A stretch of DNA of 64,000 bases from Octopus sinensis (taxonomy: Eukaryota): the NCBI RefSeq assembly GCF_006345805.1, contig NC_043009.1, positions 51,956,001 through 52,020,000 of the forward strand, in the 5' to 3' direction. The position numbers and the translations under genes are program-made. Below the pieces are notes generated by a model. That model saw only the letters and a list, made by a program, of their open reading frames with translations. It searched no databases and was not told the DNA's origin. This document shows positions 13,317-26,092 of this stretch, one piece after another. Position 1 is the first letter of the stretch; every line of letters begins with the position of its first letter.

Positions 13317-14159
13317 GCACACATATATACATATAGGTACATTCTCATAGATGTACATAGATGACTGCTTGTGAGTGTGTAAGCATACATTTATACATGT
13401 ATATATATATATATATATATTATATTATATATACATACATAAGTATATTTATGCATGTACATTCACAAATACGCAAATATCCATACACTCACATATATAT
13501 CTATATATATCATATGCATATATCTGGGAGATGGTAAAGTTGATGTCAATGTCTTTCATAATTAAGTACTTTTTAAAATATTTCATTTTTATATCAATAC
13601 GGTAACTTGTTTTAACATCAACATAGTTATCTATGTATATATATATATATATATCCATGAATTTGATTTTCCCTCCCTTTTGTTTTCCTTTCTTTTGTAT
13701 TCTTTTTTTTTTTTTCATGAATACTCATCGCTTTTGAAATGGCGCCTTGAAATGCTTCGAATGGCGGGTGTCAAATATTGTTTTGTCATTCGTGAATTTG
13801 TGTGCTATTAGACAAGTTATGTTGTCGCCACTTGACTACGAAAATACATTAAAATACGTTTAGAAAATTTCCTTCGTATAGAAACCGGCTATAATGATCA
13901 GTTTATGATTTTTTTTTTTTAAGACAAAGTTTATAAAGAATGCAAAAAATATATAATTGCGTGTCCTAAATATGAGCCGCTGTTGTCAATGCTTATTTAA
14001 GGATTTAATATGAACTTGGTGCATATATATTTTATTTTCAACTGAAATACTACACATTTCACAACAGGTCTTTTGACACTATTTTCCTCCCACTAAAACT
14101 TGCCCATTTCTTCATTTCCTCTGTCACTATGACATCATCTCTCACTCTTGCCTACTCTG

Positions 14160-14164
14160 TTTGA

Positions 14165-14200
<36 letters not shown>

Positions 14201-14480
14201 ATAAGTGTGATCATATGCCATTACATTCAAACGCACACATATATACATATACGTATATGTATGTGTATATATGTGTGTATGGATATGTATGTATGTATAA
14301 AGATATGTATGTATCTATGAATATATTTTTCTACATATATATAAATATAAATATATATGATAAATGGCGGTGACCCAGCATGGCCACAGCGCGTGAGCTG
14401 AAACTAGATAAAATACAAATTTTAAAAATATAGGTATGTATATATACATATATGTATGCGTATACATATACATACATACC

Positions 14481-14514
<34 letters not shown>

Positions 14515-14575
14515 GATATATTTATATACAATATATATATATATATATATATATATTTAGATACATACATACATA

Positions 14576-14614
<39 letters not shown>

Positions 14615-14615
14615 T

Positions 14616-14650
<35 letters not shown>

Positions 14651-14690
14651 GCATATATATGTATGTATGTATGTATGTATATAAATACAG
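14160..14690. repeat. (CA)n, (TA)n and (TATG)n low-complexity block containing a short family A tail fragment near 14367-14390
   Basis: Read directly; GGCGGTG..CCAGCATGGCC.CAG matches the family A 3' domain. Confidence 0.85.
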
Positions 14691-14849
14691 GCAATAGGTG
14701 AGTGTTAGATATGCTCAGTATAGAAAACGCGTAATCAGATGAATTTGAACTACGACCTCAGCTTCAAGAGTGACTTTAAGAGAAATTCAAAAATGACTAG
14801 ATACTGAGTTAGTAAGGCAGATAAATACATTTATGTTTCATACGTATCA

Positions 14850-15400
14850 ATGTTACCATGGTATTATCTACTGAACAGACTTGATGTTATAGCTAGATCA
14901 CTGTATAACGAGATCTGTGGAAAGGATAACCCTAAGGAGAAATAAATAAGAACTCACAGGATAGTGGAAACCATAGCCACTCATTGCTACGCTGGGCAAT
15001 TGAGGAATCTGCAGTTACTCTATCCAGACTACCTAATTATTGAGGTGCTTGGATATGTAACACAGTGCCTAAATGCCAATCTTGAGAAATTAGGTTTCTC
15101 AAAACCAGAAAGGAGGAAGCTGATTCGAAGAGTACAAATCCAATCCATCACTGGAACTGTAAAAGATCTGTAAATTTTCCAGAAGTTTATCATTAAATAT
15201 TTATGAGCATGTCTTGATATGCAACTCTGTGCATGAGAAGACACATCAAACAAAACAAATAAATCTGCACGTATACTTACATACTTATAAAAATACACTG
15301 TTGTTGATGCTAAAATTCCAATGAAGTAGCATTTGATCTAGGCTAGAAACCGACTCTTTCTCTATTGGCAAGTAATCTTGAAATAAAACTCTATAATGAT
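14850..15400 (+). mobile_element. 3' remnant of an RLE-type (R4/Dong-like) non-LTR retrotransposon, internally deleted
   Basis: Translation YYLLNRLDVIARSLYNEI resembles the region after the CCHC finger. QLRNLQLLYPDY..IIEVLGYVTQCLNANLEKLGFSKPERRKLIRRVQIQSITGTVK resembles the RLE C-terminal IIGALG...LG...LQ...GT pattern. AATAAA lies at about 15382. Clade assignment is from motif recall. Confidence 0.7.
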
Positions 15401-15419
15401 ATACGTAGATACATGCATT

Positions 15420-15600
15420 GATACATACATACATGCCTACATACATACATACATACATACATACATACATACATACATACATACATACATACATACATAC
15501 ATACATACATACAGACATACATGGATACATGCATACATACAAACATACAAACATACATACATACATACATACATACATACATTCACACAAACATACATAC
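15420..15600. repeat. (TACA)n microsatellite
   Basis: Read directly; it lies between the two RLE-element 3' ends. Confidence 0.97.
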
Positions 15601-15610
15601 ACAAATATGC

Positions 15611-15891
15611 TTCTCAAAACGAGGAAGAATAAAGCTGATTCACAGACTAGAGATCCAAGCCAACATTGGAACTGTAAAATCTGTAAAACACTCTAGAAAT
15701 TTGTCATTTAAGTATATAGGAGCATCTCTAGATATGCAAGTGTATACATGAGAAGACATATACAGAACAAGACATACAAATTTGCACGTATATAAACACA
15801 CATACAGAAATAACCTATTGTTGATGTTCAAATTCCAATGAAGGAACATTTCTCTATTAGCAAGACATCTGGAAATAAAATTGAATAATGA
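15611..15891 (+). mobile_element. Second, shorter 3' end of the same RLE-type element family
   Basis: Aligns by eye to 15107-15400: TCAAAAC..G.A.GA..AAGCTGATTC...GA.TA.A.ATCCAA.CCA.CA.TGGAACTGTAAAA, CATGAGAAGACA, TTGTTGATG...AAATTCCAATGAAG, TTTCTCTATT.GCAAG, GAAATAAAA. Confidence 0.8.
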
Positions 15892-16341
15892 CACAGAACA
15901 TACACAAACATACACACACGCATGCACACATACACATATTCACACACATATTGACACATTATACATAAAGAAACACACACACACACATATATTTAGAGAC
16001 AAAAACGCACCATACACTTACACGCACGCATATTCACACGCAGACACACAGGAACACATACACACGCATATGTAAACTCATATATTTACATGAAGCACGA
16101 CAAATACAGACAAATATGAAGAAAATATACAATTTCTGAACTCGACAGATGTTTCAGGAAGTTCGTAGTTGCGTAACAATTACAATAGTTATAATATGCA
16201 AACAAGTCACGAGTATACGACCAGTAACCAGCCATACGGAGTTATTACAATCAGCCCAGCTTTCCTCATCAAGAGAAGATTGGTGAATGCGCTTCACATT
16301 ATAGTGGTAAAGATTTAAACTATTGGAACTGGTTATGGTGT

Positions 16342-16648
16342 GTTTTTTTTTGTTCCTTCTCGAGCCACACCTGACTTATTAAGACCGGTTTCCCGGTTTC
16401 CTTGGCGTATAGGTTCCCCACCTGGACTGGACGCCGGTCCGGCGTCGGTGAGCTGCAACAGGCAGGAGGAAAGAGTGAAAGAAAGTTGTGGTGAACGAGT
16501 CAGCAGAAGTTCGCCATTACTTTCTGCCTAAGCCGCGTGGTGCCAAGGTGTTTTCGCTCATAAACACACACATCGCCCGGTCAGATATTCGAACCCGCGA
16601 TCTCTCGACCGAGAGTCCGCTGCTCTAACCACTAGGCCATGTGTCTCC
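16342..16648 (-). mobile_element. tRNA-derived SINE, family C, full length and diverged
   Basis: The minus-strand head has A-box TGGCCTAGTGG and B-box GGTTCGAATA. The body matches 48160-48474 (CCGGTTTCCCGGTTTC; GGAAAGAGTGA). Confidence 0.85.
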
Positions 16649-16941
16649 TTTCGTGTGTTTACGTCCCTCTAATTTAGTGGTTGGGAAAAGTAATTGATAG
16701 AATAAACGCCAGAATAAAAAAATACAAAAACTATGGTCGATTTGCCCAACTAAACTCTTCGAAACTAGGCCTCAGCCTGACGGAAACCCAATGAGAGTAT
16801 CAAGTGAACAATAAAAGATTAAATTCAGGTATCGATGTAAATATAGATGTATGATGACTATGAATAAACCGAAACGTCGACGTCCTTATGAAACCTTGCC
16901 TACTAAACTTTAACACATGAAGCAAACATTATGTATGTCTA

Positions 16942-17340
16942 AGGTGGCGAACTGGCAGCAATATTAGGACGCCAGGCAAAATGCTCAGCGGCATTTCTTC
17001 TTTACTTTCTGGTTTCATATTCCACTGAAGCTGACTTTGCTTTCATCCTTTTGGGCTCCATAAATTAAGAGTCACTTTATCACTGGTGTCGTTGTAATCG
17101 ACTTAACTTTTCTCGAAGTACTGGCCTTGTGCCAAGTTTAAATCCGATAAATATAATAATATATATATAAGCCGGTGAGCTGGCAGAATCGATACCACAC
17201 TGGACAAAAAATCTAAACGTCAATTTTGACTTTATACTGTGTGTTCAAATACCACCGGTGTCTTTCATCTTTTCAGCGTCGATTTAATCGACTTACCCTT
17301 TCTTTAAATTGCTGGCAGTGTGCTAAAATTTGGAAACAAT
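16942..17340 (+). mobile_element. Two tandem degenerate family B SINEs
   Basis: Heads AAGGTGGCGAACTGGCAG (16942) and AAGCCGGTGAGCTGGCAGAA (17169). Both end in GTCG.T.TAATCGACTTA followed by a TGGC.TTGTG-like tail. Confidence 0.75.
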
Positions 17341-17729
17341 ATATACGTATATATATACATATATACAGAAACACATATATGTACGCATATATATTGGTAT
17401 GAATCTTAATATATCATGAATATATATATTGCGTAATAATCTTAAACCTCTATTGACGAAATGTTTCCAAATTAAACCCTTCGTAATTTGAACTCTTCGT
17501 TTTTCAGCTGAAAGACTTACCATCATAATGTCACTTGGGTTCCCATGATAAATAGCAATATGTTCGTTATAATTGATTAAGATGCGTTCGGTTCGTAAGT
17601 CACCAAGAGACTGTCTAGGTGATAATGCGACGAACCGATATTTTTTTCGAATAGAGATAACTTTTTCAATAACTGTTATTATCAAATTATAAAGGGATTA
17701 GTAATAGCTTCAGATTTCTGAAATATGCA

Positions 17730-18013
17730 CTGATATACATATACATATATACATACATATGTGTCTGTGTATACATATATATGTATATACGTATATATAT
17801 ATATATCTATATATATATATATATATTATATATATTATATATATATATATAATATATATATATATATATAATATATAATATAATATATATAATATATATA
17901 TATATATATACAACTATATATACATACACATAAAGAGATGGCTATGTTCATACAAATATATACATATGTATATGTATATATATAATATATATATATATAT
18001 TTATATATGTGTA

Positions 18014-18072
<59 letters not shown>

Positions 18073-18080
18073 TATATATG
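17730..18080. repeat. (TA)n-rich block
   Basis: Read directly from the sequence. Confidence 0.95.
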
Positions 18081-18189
18081 CGTACACATATCCGTGTGTA
18101 TGTCTGTGTCTGTTTGTATAAGTATATAAATTATGACATACAAATCTTCTCTTTTCCCTATTAGTATTTTATTACTCCCATTACTATAA

Positions 18190-18244
18190 ATGTTACTACT
18201 ATCACAAGTATTATTATTATTATTACTATCATTATTATTATTAC

Positions 18245-18291
<47 letters not shown>

Positions 18292-18325
18292 CCCTTATTA
18301 TCATTATTATTATTGTTATTATTAT
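18190..18325. repeat. (TAT)n-(CAT)n-(TAT)n trinucleotide array
   Basis: Read directly from the sequence. Confidence 0.95.
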
Positions 18326-18679
18326 TTAGACTGCAACTATTGTTAGTAAGATTTATTGAGCATAATGATCCAACATTTCCGTTTATTGCGCTGTAACGTG
18401 TTCCCTGCAATCAAATATGACATATATATCGATAGCCAGTCACGCACCTACCTGCACACGCACAGAAAATACACGAAACTATAGATATATGAGTATATCA
18501 TGTGCGAGAGATAGTGAGAACAACGACGACAGAGAGAGATTCAGGTGTACATTTGAGGATACGAACTTAAAGAAATGATTAGGCACGGCTTCTATTACCA
18601 TACTGATAACAGACACACACACACACACGCACATTTATATGTGTGTATGTACGTGTATGAATGCCCACAGAGAAACATC

Positions 18680-18714
<35 letters not shown>

Positions 18715-19299
18715 ATATATATATGTGTGTGTATTTATAACCACACGCACAGTCTCATACCTCTTTCAAATAAATATATATATTTATGTAGACACACATA
18801 TATAGGCACACATTCTCCTGTGTATGAGCCTATGTGTGTGTGTATACATATAAGTGAGCTTTCCTTATCTTCAGTCGATCATAATAAATCATTTATCGAT
18901 AACACAACCCATAAAGTGGTCTAAAATTAATTGATCATCATTATTACTCTACACACAATGTCCTCCATTTCCTCCCCACTTCTATCGACTGTCTCTACAG
19001 CTGTCTAACAAAGAGATCTACGGAAGCCATACTTCATGGTTTAACACAGTGTAATATATATTTTTATCGCCATTACGAAGATATCATTAGCAGGAGATAT
19101 TATATAGAAGTAAACGAACGAATAGCCAATTAAACTAATTTTACCTCCTCTCCTTTACTCACCGTAATTTTCACTTCATTTTTTACTGATGTGAATCTTT
19201 TCCTATTTGTCTATCTCTTTTTCATTTTTAATGTTTTCATTCTAAAATGTTCTATCTAAAAAGACACACAAACATACAAGCATACATACATACGCATAT

Positions 19300-19379
<80 letters not shown>

Positions 19380-20182
19380 CAATTACATTAAATAAAATTC
19401 ATCTAATGCTTTCTAATATACGCTGGGTATCAATAAGGCCTACGAGAGACCGTGTAATATGTCAAGTGTGTACGCTACATTTTCCTGTGTATGTATGTAT
19501 TTATTCATGCATGAACGATGCATGTATGTGAATATGTATGTACATTTATATTCAAGTTCTAAATTGTCTCAGTCTTGTCTCTCAATATCTGGTGATGTAG
19601 ACATGTCCTTCCCTTACAGAATTTAAGCCCCGTAAATCTAAGTCAATATCATATTAAGTACGTGAAAATCACACCAAATGAGTTGAGTGTGACTTTCTAT
19701 CGTCTGTTCTATTCTCTTAATTCTCTATCTCTGGTAGAACACGAGCCTCAAAAGACATATAAGCGGTCGAAAATGGTGAGACACACACTTCTGTACTCGT
19801 TGAAATCTAGATTCTTCCAGGAATCTTTATTTAACATGTTATATCGAGAAAATGGAATATATAATCAAATGCATGCGCTGGAATACCTATTTCGTGGCGA
19901 ATCTGGGCTTTAGCATATCCGTAATTCGGATTCTTATCAAGAGAATTTTGTGAATAGATAAAGTTCCTTGAGAAAAGTGAATCCGATATGATGAACATCA
20001 TCTTTGAAAATGAAAGGTAATATTTCACTATCGTTCTAATCCTCTTCCCAAAACTCTAATCTGTAAAAGTAATCACTTCAAACAATCACATAATGCATAA
20101 ATTATCTCTAACAATTCAAAGAACATATACGAAACAAAGAGCATAAATGAAGTACAAGGAAGTTTTCCTTACAAAAACCAAC

Positions 20183-20264
20183 AAACCCGACTAGAAAACA
20201 AAAATTGCAACATGTGATGACATAAACCCGACTAGAAAACTAACATTTCAACAGGCGATGACGA
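20183..20264 (+). repeat. Diverged 41-bp tandem duplication
   Basis: AAACCCGACTAGAAAAC at 20183 and 20224; the unit remainders are also similar (..CAACA.G.GATGAC). Confidence 0.85.
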
Positions 20265-20778
20265 GTAGCGAGGTGGACTACCTGATCACCTAAAGACCAG
20301 AGTTCGTGTGGGCCGACTCAGTCCCCGATACACGCATTCCTTTCCAATTCTAATTATAAACTAATCAATTATAAACTAATTAATAGGCATTCTGCAAGTA
20401 AGTGTACTATCGATGTCAACTATTTCTTATCCATAGGGATAAAGACGTGAACCAACAGGATTTCAGCGCCACTGTAATAAACTGGATATGTTGCCTCGAG
20501 AAAAAAATAGCCTCTTTGGTCACTCAGTTATATCATCACTGTTCATCATTCAGTATCAATATTCCACATATTGAATGTCCTAAATGTTGTCCAACAGCTC
20601 GCCAGAAGTAGTGACCTTGATATCAGAGTCGTTGTGAAAACTAGAAGTCGCTCACATTTCACAATGATTCTTATTGTGTACGAAAATGTGACCCGACACT
20701 GGGATCTTCGATGGCTCGAGTCCACTGAATTTTTCTAATTGTTTATTCTGAATGCCATAAAACTAATTTACCTATATA

Positions 20779-20857
20779 TGTAGGTATATATATACGCTAT
20801 ATGATGTAGGTATATATATACGTTATATGATGTAGGTATATATATACGTTATATGAT
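20779..20857 (+). repeat. 26-bp minisatellite x3
   Basis: TGTAGGTATATATATACG(C/T)TATATGA starts at 20779, 20805 and 20831. Confidence 0.95.
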
Positions 20858-20906
20858 GGCCATTGATAAAAAAATTTTCCAGAAAAATTTTTTATCCTAT
20901 ATTAGT

Positions 20907-20937
<31 letters not shown>

Positions 20938-21949
20938 CACGCACATGAAAACCTGTCGGATTTTAATATATAAATCGGTGCAATTTAACAAATCTGTAAC
21001 TTTAACACTCCATAATTTTGGAATAGAAATTTCTTTCAAAGAAAAACAAAAAGTTGGCCGAACTACTAGCGAGACTGCACAAACTTTCTAAATATCTCAT
21101 AAAATAAGAAGTAATCTCATAATCTGGAATGGTTAAAATCATATAGCTTAAGAACACGACTCATATAGTGTTTAGAAATGAAAATTATATAATAGATAAA
21201 TGAGATCAGTTGAAAAGTGTGCTAAATAAGAAGAAAAAACTCATTAATTATTGTTCTTATTGATAAGCTAACTAATACAAGAAATGATGATTTCAATACA
21301 ATGGAAGACAGGACCGAAATATCTCCTTAACAATACTTTAATATTTCTTATATTGCCTGGAGCATCGCCTCGTCCATAAGATGATTAACGTCTAATAACT
21401 AATGAAATAGATTCATCTTTTGTTTAGAAATGAAGATTTTGAAATTGAAATCCATTCTGAGACAATTCAAATAATCAGGAAGAGATGATATGAAAGATGA
21501 TCGCAGATCGAACCGATCAAGATGCTGTTTAAAAAGCAATACAAATGATGAGGTTAATAGAGGGGAAATATTTAATAATTGCTCTATCTTATAACAGACG
21601 TTCAGACATATAGATGACCTATATATGCTATATTTATAGTAATTCTTTGAAATATTCAGAAGACATTATCAGTTAATTATCAATTCTCACCTGGCTGTCT
21701 ATTAAAATTGGTTTCTAATTTTCGCGTGATATTTTAGTAACGTTCCATTCAAATTGGTAGCACTTTCATAAATTATTTAACACAGAAAGAGGAAAAGGAG
21801 GGAGCAGAAGAAAGTCCAGGGAAGATAAATGTCTGTGTATGTATGTATATGTATATGTGTCTGTGGGTGTGTGTACATAACTTCAAACACTCTATAAATA
21901 TATATATGTTATATGTTATATTATATATACATACATACATACATATCTA

Positions 21950-21980
<31 letters not shown>

Positions 21981-22229
21981 ATCTATCTATATATCTGTGT
22001 ATCTATCTATCTATTTATTTATATATTCACTTATCTATTTGTCTGTATATATATATATATATATGATTCGATTAGACGTTGTGTTAACCTAGTGAAAGGA
22101 TGGTTTCATACAAGGAGATGCTGGTTCAATACCTAGTATTTTAGGGGAATCAGTTTCCTTAAAATAATATATAAAACATATAGTTTATATTTATATACAA
22201 AAAGAAAAAGAAAATGGAGATTGATAATT

Positions 22230-22509
22230 GTTGTATACTGTCAATCTAACATGAACGTGACAGTAGGGGGGGTACACCACCGCTGTTTAGTCCTAGGAAA
22301 CATCGACGCCTCCTGATGGCTTTGACACATTTTTCCTGTGTCCTTATGTACATTTACGAAGGGGAGACAAACGCCCTTAAATGTAAATGTATATAAGGAC
22401 ACAGGAAAAATGTGTCAAAGCCATCAGGAGGAGTCGATGCTTCCTAGGGCTAAACAGCGCTGGTGTACCCCCCTACTGTCACGTTCATATTAGATTGACA
22501 GTATACAAC
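22230..22509. repeat. Long fold-back inverted repeat, arms of about 128 bp
   Basis: 22230-22357 is the reverse complement of 22383-22509, with 6 substitutions and 1 indel counted by eye; spacer 25 nt. Confidence 0.95.
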
Positions 22510-22796
22510 CATTCTATCGCCCCACCACCGTACGTTTATTATTAACAGCAAATTAACCAGCATCCCTTACAGCTGTTTCATTTAAATTCAATTAATACTC
22601 AGTAAATAAATATTAAAATAATATGGCCTGAGCATAATGTTTTCAGAGGTAAAAATAACATACCTTTGGATGTTTTATATGTATTTACGGATTCATTATA
22701 GTAGACTGTATGATTAAGCTAATGTTGATAAATTTGCTGTTAATATTAAACAGCAGGAGGCGCAGGAGTGGCTCATGGGCGCAGGAGTGGCTCATG

Positions 22797-22967
22797 GGCG
22801 CAGGAGTGGCTGTGTGGTAAGTAGCTTGCTAACCAACCACATGGTTCCGGGTTCAGTCCCACTGCATGGCATCTTGGGCAAGTGTCTTCTGCTATAGCCC
22901 CGGGCCGACCAATACCTTGTGAGTGGATTTGGTAGACGGAAACTGAAAGAAATCTGTCATACATATG

Positions 22968-23004
<37 letters not shown>

Positions 23005-23188
23005 CTGTGTTTGTCCCCCTAGCATTGCTTGACAACCGATGCTGGTGTGTTTATGTCCCCGTCACTTAGCGGTTCGGGCTTACAAAGAATAAGTCCCGGG
23101 GTCGATTTGCTCGACTAAAGGCGGTGCTCCAGCATGGCCGCAGTCAAATGACTGAAACAAGTAAAAGAGTAAAAGAGTAAAAGAGTAA
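22797..23188 (+). mobile_element. tRNA/CORE-type SINE, family A, preceded by two extra copies of its 5' end
   Basis: A-box TGGCTGTGTGG, B-box GGTTCAGTCCC, CORE-like TTGGGCAAGTGTC, internal (TA)n(TG)n, and tail (TAAAAGAG)x3. GGCGCAGGAGTGGCTCATG occurs twice at 22759-22796. Confidence 0.92.
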
Positions 23189-24139
23189 CCCTTCTATCCA
23201 TGGATCTGTTTAGGTAGTTGTTGCTAGTGAGCTGTTTACTAGGCTCGAATGAAAATCTCACTTCAACCTATTTTAGTCGCCTTTTCCCACACACAGAGGA
23301 CACGTTATAGAGGGAACGTTGGGTCCATTCTTTGGCATGCCGGTCTACCAAAAAACACAAATGAAACAATATTAAATTAAAATCGCCAACAGTGTATTAT
23401 ACAAGATATGTATACATTACCCAATCTCCATTTTCTTCTTCTTTTATATATATATAAACACAGTGGAGTGGTAGTGTTATCTTGAAGCATTGTCTCATAT
23501 ATATATAAACACTCTTAATTATATTTCTTACTGTAGCTTCAATGAAAACATAGATGTCTTCGGTGTGGCATTTCTGTAGTTTTTTTTTTTCTGCCGGAGG
23601 ATCCTTAGCATAGAAGCTTTCTTTAGTGAATATCTGTTATTATCTAATAGCACTTCCGATGTAGAATTCGTGTCATTTGTTACAAGTGATTTTAGATACA
23701 CACTTCGATCATTGATATATATCTGCAATTTTCATCGGGCAGTTGGGCAGTGTACACATGGCGTTTCTGTTGTCTTGTTTTGTTTTTAGATAGGATTCTC
23801 TACAGAGAAAATCCCGTGGTTTCCAGTCGTACTTTCAATCTCTCTCAATGAAAAGCACGGCCGATTGCAGCAGTGGACTTTTTTCATTAACATGCGGCAT
23901 TTTAATGATAAGTGTTACCCGTTGACTTATGAATTCTCTTACTCTGTCTGATGATGCCCTGGCATTTAGTGATAGAATATGAGTAGCTCCTCAGGATCTT
24001 CATAAATTTTTATGTTGCCTGTATTTTTGCTTCCTGCCTCACAATATTTACAGTGTATCCTACAAATCTACTTTCTAAAGCAGCCAATATTCGCTTTGGT
24101 GTGATGTTACGTAAAAAATGTAATTATATATATACATAT

Positions 24140-24345
24140 ATCAACATCATCATCAAGTGTCTTAAATCCGTGTTTTGACCCCGTTAACGGGAGTGGCCGG
24201 ATCTACCTCAATTGCCATAGCAACCGAGGTAGGCTGCACCCCCCACTCCACCTTTGGGATGTCTGGTGCCCATTCTCTTTTACTATCATGAGGCTTTTGG
24301 AGCTGGATTTTCTATGGGGAACATCCTTTTGCTTACCCCCAATCT
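24140..24345 (-). mobile_element. Possible RTE-related short retroelement 3' end
   Basis: Begins with (CAT)n, i.e. a (GAT)n tail on the minus strand, and contains GCTGGATTTTCTA.GG...CATCC.TT, resembling RTE-type 3' UTRs. From recall only. Confidence 0.35.
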
Positions 24346-25413
24346 CAGTTTCTAGACATGAGTTATCCCGAGACCAAGGTCCTACCACGATCTTTACTTC
24401 CCGTAAACCCTTTCGGAGCCCGCCCCTATTTTATATATTTATATGTAAGGTATATGTTAGGGGTGTTAAGCCGTCTAAGGGATAGAAATATCCCTAATTT
24501 ACGGCTTCCTCTGCGAATATACGAACTACCCTCGACCTATGTTAATGACATATAGCTCCTATTAACCACGCCGGATATCCCTAATTGGGGATAACTCCCT
24601 CAGATTACACCGGTGGTCAACTAGCTTAACAAGCAGACACGTGGAAGTCATTGATGTGAAACAGGCAGGTTTTTGTATTTTGGCGTGACGTCAGCATGCA
24701 CAATATCATTTGGGAAATACTGTTTGAATAATTTCTGCGGCGTTGGAGTAATTAAAATTAGGATCTTTGAAACGATCCCACGAATCACGGCCTATCTTGT
24801 GGTCTGTTTTTGTGATTGATCTCTGGGGTGCTTCAATTTATATAAGTTATTTCGTGTAATGAGACCAGGCTAAAGTAGAGAATAGAAGGATAATGCCAGG
24901 AGCGTCTCAAGACCGAAAACCTATAAGGATCCTGGAACTCGCCATACGTACAAGGCCAACATTTCTGAAATTGTCAACGATATTATGGTGAGACATAGTT
25001 AATTAATTCCTGCGTTACTTATTCATCTTGATTAAAGTGCTCTCATTAATTATTTCAGAACTAATAAATTATTAGCTTTAATTAAGGGGACTCTAGCTTA
25101 TTATAATTCATGACATATAACTGCAACGATTTGCGTCTAACTTCTATAACTATCTCTGTACTCCTCCAAACACTCACGATACGTAGTCACAACAATATTA
25201 GTGATGATAACTATTAGAATAAGAAACGAGACAGAACTTAATGTAGCGATAACGATAACAGTTTAGCAAAAGGCAAGCAAGTAATTTCAGTTGAGGGTTT
25301 TAGTTTATTATTTCGTCTCCAGTGTTCAACTGATACTTATTTTATCCATTTTATGAAAGGATGAAAAGCAAACAATGTAATCACATATTTACCAAAAATC
25401 TAAAATAATATAT

Positions 25414-25891
25414 AGGCGCAGTAGTGGCTCTGTGGTAAGCTTGCTTCCAAAGGTAATACTTCCGGGGCCAATCCCACTGCGTAGCACCTTCGGCAAGTGT
25501 TTCCTACTATAAACTCAGGCCGACCAAATCCTTGTGAATTGATTTGGTAGACGGAAAGTGAAAGAAGCCTGTTATATATATATATGAGAAAATAAGAAAA
25601 TAGAGATAAATTAGAGATAAAGATAAATTAATAATTATTTATTGATTACAAAATTGGATACCAAATATGTGTGTGTGTGTTTGTGTTTGTGTCCGTATAT
25701 GTCGCCCCAACTGATGTTGGTGTGTTTACGACAACCGATGTCGGTGTGTTTACGTCACCGTAACTTACCAGTTCGGCAAAAGCGCCGTAGAATAAGTATT
25801 AGGCTTATAAAAAATAAGTCCTGGGGCCAATTTGATGAACTAAAGTTAGTGTTCCAGGATGGCCGCAGTCAATTGACTGAAAGAAGTAAAA
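25414..25891 (+). mobile_element. Diverged family A SINE with an AT-rich internal insertion
   Basis: Head AGGCGCAG.AGTGGCT.TGTGGTAAG, GATTTGGTAGACGGAAA.TGAAAGAAGCCTG, and tail ATGGCCGCAGTCAA.TGACTGAAA.AAGTAAAA. Confidence 0.85.
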
Positions 25892-26092
25892 ATTATAAGA
25901 ATGATAATGATGATAATAATATTAACAATGATAGCGGTTACAATGAATCACGATTAACAGAAATAGCAAATGAAATAGCATGGATTAGCAAAGATAGTTA
26001 AACTCACGCATTCTTTCAGCAAGAACAATACAATATGTGACAGAATTCCTTTAGTAATTAACGGGTACCGAAATTTCGCTGGCATTTCAAAA

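Noticed and set aside
16845-16885. ATGATGA...CCGAAACGTC hammerhead-like words
   Set aside because: Stem II cannot be formed and stem I is out of register.
22797-22870. SINE heads as tRNA genes
   Set aside because: They have A/B boxes but continue into SINE bodies and lack a complete cloverleaf and acceptor stem.
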